Source: Rhodanobacteraceae bacterium (GTDB lineage: Bacteria; Pseudomonadota; Gammaproteobacteria; Xanthomonadales; Rhodanobacteraceae). Taken from it: 44,654 bases of DNA. The notes beneath the pieces are model-generated. The model was not told the DNA's origin. It ran no database searches and saw nothing but the letters and a program-made list of their open reading frames with translations. The stretch lies in the NCBI GenBank assembly GCA_035249465.1, contig DATFGL010000028.1:1-44654 (forward strand). Reading direction: 5' to 3'. A program made the position numbers and the translations under genes. Each line of letters starts with the position of its first letter. Positions within the stretch are counted from its first letter, which is position 1. Of the stretch, positions 39,442 through 44,654 are shown piece after piece.

Positions 39442-39516
39442 TTCAGGCACATAGGCGAGGTCGTTCGCACTCGGGCCCCTATGTCGGTCCAGTCGTTCCA
39501 GACGGCTGTCGCTGCT

Positions 39517-39783
39517 CTACTCCCGCCCTTGCTTATCCTTGATGTCCTTGCCCAGCGCACCTGAGAAGTGTTTGGTGTACTGCGCGAGTGACTCAGTGCA
39601 ACGTGAAAGTATTTCATGCTGCGCCTCGACTGGTGAAACGTCGTAGCGAAGTGAAATTGCCTTGGCAATGTGCTTGATTGTGTCAGCGAGCATGTCGCCC
39701 CATGCGGTGGTTTCCTTGATGTCGCCCCCCGCCCCCGAATAGCAGCCGACGTTTAGAGACACCAAGAGGTCATTGCGTGTCAC
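39517..39783 (-). CDS. Small protein resembling DUF5076-type proteins; the 5' end is probably truncated by a 1-nt frame break
   Basis: 88-aa ORF with a GTG start. WGDMLADTIKHIAKA and SLNVG resemble DUF5076 proteins, which I recall from memory and have not searched. A 24-codon ORF (39780-39854, MSDQLPLPDGAAEDPEAQEMARIW) with a good GGAG RBS precedes it in the -1 frame. G+C is visibly lower. Confidence 0.55.
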   Translation of the reverse strand: MTRNDLLVSLNVGCYSGAGGDIKETTAWGDMLADTIKHIAKAISLRYDVSPVEAQHEILSRCTESLAQYTKHFSGALGKDIKDKQGRE

Positions 39784-39858
39784 CAGATGCGCGCCATCTC
39801 CTGCGCCTCAGGATCTTCGGCTGCTCCGTCCGGGAGTGGCAGCTGATCGCTCATCTGC

Positions 39859-40329
39859 CTAACTCCGAATATGCGTCTGCAGGTAGCGCTCCAACCCTAC
39901 CTGCCCGATCAAGCCGAGCTGGGTTTCCAGCCAGTCGATGTGTTCTTCTTCGGAGTGCATGATGTCGGCGAACAGGCCGCGGCTGACGTAGTCGCCGATC
40001 TTCTCGCAGTGTGAAATAGCGGCTTGCAGGTCGGGCAGTGCAGTGCGTTCCAGTTTCAGGTCGCACTCGATGCATTCCTTGGGCGTCTGGCCGATCAGCA
40101 GCTTGCCAAGTTTCTGCAGGTTGGGCAGCCCTTCCAGGAACAGGATGCGTTCAATCAGGCGGTCGGCGTGCTTCATCTCGTCGATCGACTCCGCGCGCTC
40201 GTGCTCGGCCAGTTCCTTGAACCCCCAGTTGTCGTACATCCGGTAGTGCAGGAAATACTGGTTGATCGCGATCAGCTCGTTGCCGAGCGCCATGTTGAGG
40301 TGCTCGATGACCTTGGTATCGCCTTTCAT
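39859..40329 (-). CDS. bfr: Bacterioferritin
   Basis: 156 aa: [32 protein letters not shown]...[10 protein letters not shown]...EEEHIDWLE. Confidence 0.96.
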   Translation of the reverse strand: MKGDTKVIEHLNMALGNELIAINQYFLHYRMYDNWGFKELAEHERAESIDEMKHADRLIERILFLEGLPNLQKLGKLLIGQTPKECIECDLKLERTALPDLQAAISHCEKIGDYVSRGLFADIMHSEEEHIDWLETQLGLIGQVGLERYLQTHIRS

Positions 40330-40461
40330 GATGTCTCCCTTGCGCCGGAACGCGCAAAACCCACGCGACAGCCGCGACTATACCGCCCGGTGCGGCAGCG
40401 TGATGGAGTGATTATCGGTTGCGGATGGGATTGACCGAGGTCCACGTCGCCCCGTCGCGTT

Positions 40462-40512
40462 GCCCGAAGCGGCTGTCGTGAGAAGTTGGCCCATGGAAGG
40501 GCGCTCCGATGC
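40462..40512 (-). repeat. Repeat family A, partial reverse copy A5 lacking the hairpin segment
   Basis: The reverse complement reads ggagcgcccttccatgggccaa|cttctcacgacagccgcttcggg. This aligns with A4 (ccatccatggccaa[gctctccgtggcctga]cttcccacgacagccgcttcgaacggg). Confidence 0.55.
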
Positions 40513-40587
40513 CGTTCGCCCAGAAACAGACAAGGTTGCAGCGGAGTTCGGCAATGCCGCGATCAGGGACGATCGCACAAAAATTCT

Positions 40588-40788
40588 TCAGGCGGCAACG
40601 GGCAGGGCGGCTGCCTGGCGTTCGGATTCGAGCGTGGTCTCGACCAGCTCGCGCGCCTCGCCTTCGCAGCAACCGCAGCACGTGGTGCAGCCGGTGCGGA
40701 TCTGCACGTCTTCGAATGTGCGCGCGCCGCGTACGACGGCACGGCGGATGTCATGGTCGGAAACGGCTTGGCAGACGCAGACGTACAT
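40588..40788 (-). CDS. bfd: Bacterioferritin-associated ferredoxin, (2Fe-2S)-binding
   Basis: 66 aa: MYVCVCQAVSD...GCTTCCGCC, the four-Cys pattern of Bfd. Confidence 0.9.
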   Translation of the reverse strand: MYVCVCQAVSDHDIRRAVVRGARTFEDVQIRTGCTTCCGCCEGEARELVETTLESERQAAALPVAA

Positions 40789-40831
40789 GGCGGCTCTTCG
40801 AGGATGAACGCTCGGTGGGCGCCATTTGAAC

Positions 40832-40850
40832 GCGAATGCGAATGATTGTC
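40832..40850. promoter_or_regulatory. Candidate Fur box upstream of bfd
   Basis: GCGAATGCGAATGATTGTC matches GATAATGATAATCATTATC at 13 of 19 positions by my count. It lies 44-62 nt upstream of the bfd ATG and overlaps the rppH stop codon. Confidence 0.35.
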
Positions 40851-41364
40851 AAGTAGCTTTGGGAAAGCCCACGCCTATCTCGACCGAACACGCCGCCTCG
40901 ACCAGCGGCGCGAAGTAGCGCAAGGCGCGGCGGTAGACGTCACGCTTGAAGTCCACCACATGCTCGGCGGGGTACCAGAAATCGACCCAGCGCCAGACGT
41001 CGAATTCCGGCGTGGCGTGGCTGTCCAACCTGAATGCCTCGTCGTCGCCCAGCATCCGCAGCAGGAACCACACCTGCTTCTGGCCTATACACGTCGGCCG
41101 CTGGCCGCGCCGGACGTAGCGCGGCGGCAGGCGGTAGCGCAGCCAGCCATGGGTGGAGCCGAGGATTTCGACCTGGTCCGCGCGCAGGCCGGTTTCCTCC
41201 TCCAGCTCGCGGTACATGGCTTCGTCCGGGGTTTCGTCCGTGTTCATGCCGCCTTGCGGGAATTGCCAGCCGTCGCGCTGCACGCGCCGCGCCCAGAACA
41301 CCTGGCCGCTCGCGTTGAGCAGCACGATGCCCACATTCAGGCGATAGCCGTCCACGTCGATCAT
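40849..41364 (-). CDS. rppH: RNA pyrophosphohydrolase (Nudix)
   Basis: 171 aa: [15 protein letters not shown]...[28 protein letters not shown] (Nudix box). Confidence 0.92.
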   Translation of the reverse strand: MIDVDGYRLNVGIVLLNASGQVFWARRVQRDGWQFPQGGMNTDETPDEAMYRELEEETGLRADQVEILGSTHGWLRYRLPPRYVRRGQRPTCIGQKQVWFLLRMLGDDEAFRLDSHATPEFDVWRWVDFWYPAEHVVDFKRDVYRRALRYFAPLVEAACSVEIGVGFPKAT

Positions 41365-41466
41365 GGGCCGGATTCAAACACAGCCCGCGAACACTCGGCA
41401 AGTCCGCGGTAACCATCAATGGCGTGAACGGCGGCCCGGTTTCGTTGTCGTATCCCTGTGCCAGGG

Positions 41467-41495
41467 TTGCGCCTGCCGCAGTGGCTGGGTATAAG
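41467..41495 (+). promoter_or_regulatory. Candidate sigma70 promoter TTGCGC-N17-TATAAG
   Basis: Read directly. It lies about 27 nt upstream of ATG 41522. Confidence 0.35.
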
Positions 41496-41521
41496 CGGCG
41501 GACTGTTTTTCGCAGACAGGC

Positions 41522-42259
41522 ATGGCTTCGACGATCTTCCACCACTGGCTGGACCAGTTCCATGCACTCCCGAAAATCCGGCGGCGCTGGGTCACCGGCG
41601 CTGCGGGCGTGCTGGCCTTCGCGGTGATTTTCGGGCTGGGTGCGCTGTTCGGGCGCGGGGTCGGTTTTCCCAACGGACTCGAAGCCCGCACGCACCGGCT
41701 GGCCGCTCGCAATGCCGAGCTGGAGAACCAGAACCAGAGCCTGGTCCAGCAGCAGCAGACCGCGAACACGACCGTGGCGGCGTTGAAACAGGCGATGGCC
41801 AGCCGCGACGTGGAAATGCAGACGCTGAAGCAGGAGCAGGCCTTCTACGCCAAGCTGATCGGCATCGATGGCAGCCGTTCCGGACTCGGCGTGCACAGCA
41901 TCGCCCTGACGCCGGTGAAGAACACCAATGCATGGAACTTCACCGTCACCCTGGTCAACACCGCGGAGAACGCGGACTCGGCGCGCGGCAAGCTGACGGT
42001 GGCGGTCGAGGGCGTGCAGAACGGCAAGCTGACCACGCTGGATTGGGCGCACCTGTCCGGTTCAGGCGGCAAGGAAGGCCTCCCGTTCGCGTTCAAGTTC
42101 TTCCAGCAGGTACAAGGTTCACTGGCATTGCCCAAGGGCTTCGTTCCCAACCGCATCACGGTGACGCTGCAGCCCGACTCCGGATCCAGCGTCACCCGCA
42201 AGCTCGACTGGAGCGAGGCGTTGGCCGGCCAGCATGGCATCAGCATCACCACGCCTTGA
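41522..42259 (+). CDS. Hypothetical membrane-anchored protein: N-terminal TM, coiled coil, beta-rich C-terminal domain
   Basis: 245 aa with a TM helix (WVTGAAGVLAFAVIFGLGALF) and a Gln-rich heptad-like region (AARNAELENQNQSLVQQQQTANTTVAALKQAMASRD). I recognise no family with confidence. Confidence 0.7.
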   Translation: MASTIFHHWLDQFHALPKIRRRWVTGAAGVLAFAVIFGLGALFGRGVGFPNGLEARTHRLAARNAELENQNQSLVQQQQTANTTVAALKQAMASRDVEMQTLKQEQAFYAKLIGIDGSRSGLGVHSIALTPVKNTNAWNFTVTLVNTAENADSARGKLTVAVEGVQNGKLTTLDWAHLSGSGGKEGLPFAFKFFQQVQGSLALPKGFVPNRITVTLQPDSGSSVTRKLDWSEALAGQHGISITTP

Positions 42260-42301
42260 TCGACCGCGACCGCGCCTCCATCATGGCGGTGAGGTGCATG
42301 C

Positions 42302-42655
42302 ATGAATGACGTTTCCACCACCACGGACCCCGGACTCAGGATTTCCGACGCCGCGCTGGGGCGCGTGCGCGAGCTGATCGCCGAAGAGGGCAATCCGGCG
42401 CTCAAGCTGCGCGTGTTCATCGAAGGCGGCGGCTGTTCGGGATTCCAGTACGGTTTCAGTTTCGACGAGGCGCGTGCGGACGACGATTACGTGCTCGATC
42501 GCGAGGGCGTGGAATTGCTGGTCGATCCCTTGAGCATGCAATACCTCGAAGGCGCGGAAGTCGATTACGTAGAGGAGCTGTCGGGTGCGCAGTTCGTGAT
42601 CCACAACCCGAACGCAAAAACGACTTGCGGGTGTGGAAGTTCGTTCACGGCATAG
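42302..42655 (+). CDS. erpA: Iron-sulfur cluster insertion protein (A-type carrier)
   Basis: 117 aa with [11 protein letters not shown] and C-terminal CGCGSSF. Confidence 0.93.
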   Translation: MNDVSTTTDPGLRISDAALGRVRELIAEEGNPALKLRVFIEGGGCSGFQYGFSFDEARADDDYVLDREGVELLVDPLSMQYLEGAEVDYVEELSGAQFVIHNPNAKTTCGCGSSFTA

Positions 42656-42733
42656 TTGTGCGATCGTCCACGATCGCAGCGTTCCGAAACCGACGTGAGC
42701 GAGCAGCCACCCGCGAATACGAAACATCACCTC

Positions 42734-42800
42734 GGCCGAAGCCACCATCCATGGCCAAGCTCTCCGTGGCCTGACTTCCCACGACAGCCGCTTCGAACGG
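42734..42800 (+). repeat. Repeat family A, copy A4
   Basis: The sequence is ggccgaagccaccatccatggccaagctctccgtggcctgacttcccacgacagccgcttcgaacgg. Confidence 0.75.
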
Positions 42801-42824
42801 GCCCTTGCTGAGGCGCCTTACTTC

Positions 42825-43748
42825 ATGAGCTCGGCGGAACGCACGCGCCTCAACACCTTCACCCACTCGCCGCTCGACCGCTGCGGCGAGCACCGCGCCG
42901 ATGCGGAGTGGATGGCGGCGCAACGCGCAGCATCGAACGCGCGCTGGCTTCCGTTCGACGGTGACGGCCGGGCGCCCGTGCACGATCATCGGCTGTGCTG
43001 GATCAATGCCGGCGGGCTCGCGCCCGACGCGCCGGCCAACTTCCTCGGTCGCGTTGCGGGTGCGCCGCTTCATGCACTGCGCGAACCTGCGGCGCACGCG
43101 ATATTTCCCGAGGCGGAATGGCTGGATTTGCGGGCAGCCGCCTCTGAACTCGATCGCGACGATGCAGCGGTGTTTGCTTACGCGCGCGGACTCGCCAATT
43201 GGCAAGCCGCCACCCGCCATTGCAGCTACTGCGGTGCCCCGCTGGCGCTCGTCGAAGGCGGTCATCGCGCTGCGTGCAGTGGCTGCGGGCGCCTGCATTT
43301 CCCGCGCACCGACGCGGCGATCATCGTGGTCGTCGAGCACGGCGACGCGTGCCTGCTCGGGCGGCAGGCCGCGTGGCGCCCGCGCCAGTACTCGACCCTG
43401 GCCGGATTCGTGGAGCCGGGCGAGTCGTTGGCCGATGCGGTGCGGCGCGAGGTGAGCGAAGAAACCGGCGTCGAAATCCTCGATTGCGATTTCCATTCCT
43501 CGCAGCCGTGGCCGTTTCCGGCATCGCTGATGCTCGGCTTCACCGCGACCGCGGCCGGGCGCGCAATCAGCCTGGCCGATGGCGAACTGGAAGATGCCCG
43601 CTGGTTCACCGCGCAGCAAATCGTCTCAGGCTTGCGCGATGGCACATTGCATGTTTCCACGCCGCTGTCGATTTCGCATCGCCTGATCGAACACTGGTTG
43701 CGCACGCGCGCGGGCATCGAACTGTCCACGTTGCCGCGCGCGGGTTGA
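42825..43748 (+). CDS. nudC: NAD+ diphosphatase (NADH pyrophosphatase), Nudix with zinc ribbon
   Basis: 307 aa with CSYCGAPL...CSGCGRLHFPR and the Nudix box GFVEPGESLADAVRREVSEETGV. Confidence 0.88.
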   Translation: MSSAERTRLNTFTHSPLDRCGEHRADAEWMAAQRAASNARWLPFDGDGRAPVHDHRLCWINAGGLAPDAPANFLGRVAGAPLHALREPAAHAIFPEAEWLDLRAAASELDRDDAAVFAYARGLANWQAATRHCSYCGAPLALVEGGHRAACSGCGRLHFPRTDAAIIVVVEHGDACLLGRQAAWRPRQYSTLAGFVEPGESLADAVRREVSEETGVEILDCDFHSSQPWPFPASLMLGFTATAAGRAISLADGELEDARWFTAQQIVSGLRDGTLHVSTPLSISHRLIEHWLRTRAGIELSTLPRAG

Positions 43749-43793
43749 GTGGCCCACTACAATCGCGCCGGAGACTCGCTCAGCAGGGGTTGA

Positions 43794-44654
43794 ATGGCCA
43801 TCGAACTTGTTGCCGCGCTGATCGTGCTGCTGGTGCTGATCGTCTGGCCCGGCAACGTCGCGAACCTGCGCCGATTCGGCTGGTACCACCGCTGGCTCGG
43901 TGCGCTCGATTTTGCCGAAGGTGGCGGCCGGGGTGCGCTTGCGCTGATCCTGCCGGTGGTGGTGTGCGCGGTCATCGCGCATTTCCTGCAAGGCTGGGTG
44001 CTCGCGCTTGCCGCGCTCGCGTTCTCGGTGCTGGTCCTGTTTTACACCTTTGGTCCACGCGAGCTCGAAAGCGATTTCGAGGCGGTACTGCACGACGATG
44101 ATCCGGCCACGCGCCTCGCCACCGCGCAGAACCTGCGCAGCGTTCCGGGTGGCGCGCCGCGCGCGTTCACGGCGCCTGAACTGGTCGAGGCCGCGGTGAT
44201 GGCGTCGTTGCGGCGGCGTTTTGGCGTGTTGTTCTGGTTTTTCCTGCTCGGGCCGGCGGGTGCTCTGGGTTACCGACTGGCCTGGGTCACGACGGAGACC
44301 GGTGATCCGCGCACGCGCCATGCGGCGCGGCGATTTGCATGCGCGCTCGACTGGATTCCCGCGCACCTGATGGTTCTGGCGATGGCGCTGGTATCCAACT
44401 TCGATGCCGTCACCGGCGCCTGGCGGGCATGGCACGGACAGCCCGGGCATTCGATGGAAAACCTCGACCCCGATTTTCTTGCGGCCGTTGCGCGTTCGGG
44501 CGTGGACGCCGACATCGAAGCCGGCGATGGTGTGACCACCGACACGCACGACCCGCTCATCGAACTTGCCGATGCGCGACGCCTGATGCTGCGGGTGCTG
44601 ATCGTGTGGCTCGCCGTGGTTGCGCTGATCGTGCTGGCAGGTTGGATCGCCTGA
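43794..44654 (+). CDS. ampE: AmpE-like / CobD-CbiB-family inner membrane protein
   Basis: 286 aa. FGVLFWFFLLGPAGALGYRLAW and LDWIPAHLMVLAMALV parallel E. coli AmpE (WLIVGGTWGPVTLMGY, LDWVPVRLAGVVYAL). The stop codon is the last triplet of the window. Confidence 0.7.
   Translation: MAIELVAALIVLLVLIVWPGNVANLRRFGWYHRWLGALDFAEGGGRGALALILPVVVCAVIAHFLQGWVLALAALAFSVLVLFYTFGPRELESDFEAVLHDDDPATRLATAQNLRSVPGGAPRAFTAPELVEAAVMASLRRRFGVLFWFFLLGPAGALGYRLAWVTTETGDPRTRHAARRFACALDWIPAHLMVLAMALVSNFDAVTGAWRAWHGQPGHSMENLDPDFLAAVARSGVDADIEAGDGVTTDTHDPLIELADARRLMLRVLIVWLAVVALIVLAGWIA

Overview
This is a 44.6-kb, very GC-rich, gene-dense chromosomal segment. Gene content and synteny (radC / coaBC-dut-algC, argS-SPOR, glnA...ntrBC, speA/speE, bfd-bfr) suggest a Xanthomonadales/Lysobacterales-type gammaproteobacterium; that assignment is inference. 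I support 41 protein-coding genes. In order: pepN (5' fragment), a PLP dehydratase, glmS, a priming sugar transferase, a long algC-type phosphomannomutase, dut, coaC/coaB, radC, argS, a SPOR protein, an SDR, a TPR membrane protein, speA, speE, an unknown secreted protein, sixA, yceI, a PLD lipoprotein, a DUF1232 protein, a thiolase, a GNAT, ntrC, ntrB, alkB, an orphan lipoprotein, a PAT-type acetyltransferase, glnA, a CsaA-like tRNA-binding protein, chaA, hemJ, a multidomain response regulator, a hybrid histidine kinase, a small DUF5076-like gene, bfr, bfd, rppH, an unknown membrane protein, erpA, nudC and an ampE-like gene. I saw no rRNA, tRNA, CRISPR array, transposase, integrase or prophage genes. 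I found no clear multi-gene novel system such as a defence island, secretion system or biosynthetic cluster, and most of the window is housekeeping. The items most worth a second look are: (1) a DnaA-box cluster with an AT-rich element in the radC-argS spacer; (2) a response regulator built almost entirely of degenerate signalling domains, paired with a sensor-less hybrid kinase; (3) two independent 1-nt frame breaks at G-runs, one splitting coaBC and one in the small gene after bfr; (4) a dispersed about 60-bp intergenic repeat family with five copies, plus two other REP-like families and a 530-bp non-coding repeat mosaic; (5) a roughly 350-aa membrane-domain extension on the phosphomannomutase; (6) a lower-GC islet inserted between glnA and alkB-ntrBC. 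The glnA sigma54 promoter and its NtrC sites are readable directly. The many long antisense ORFs in the track are GC-content artefacts.
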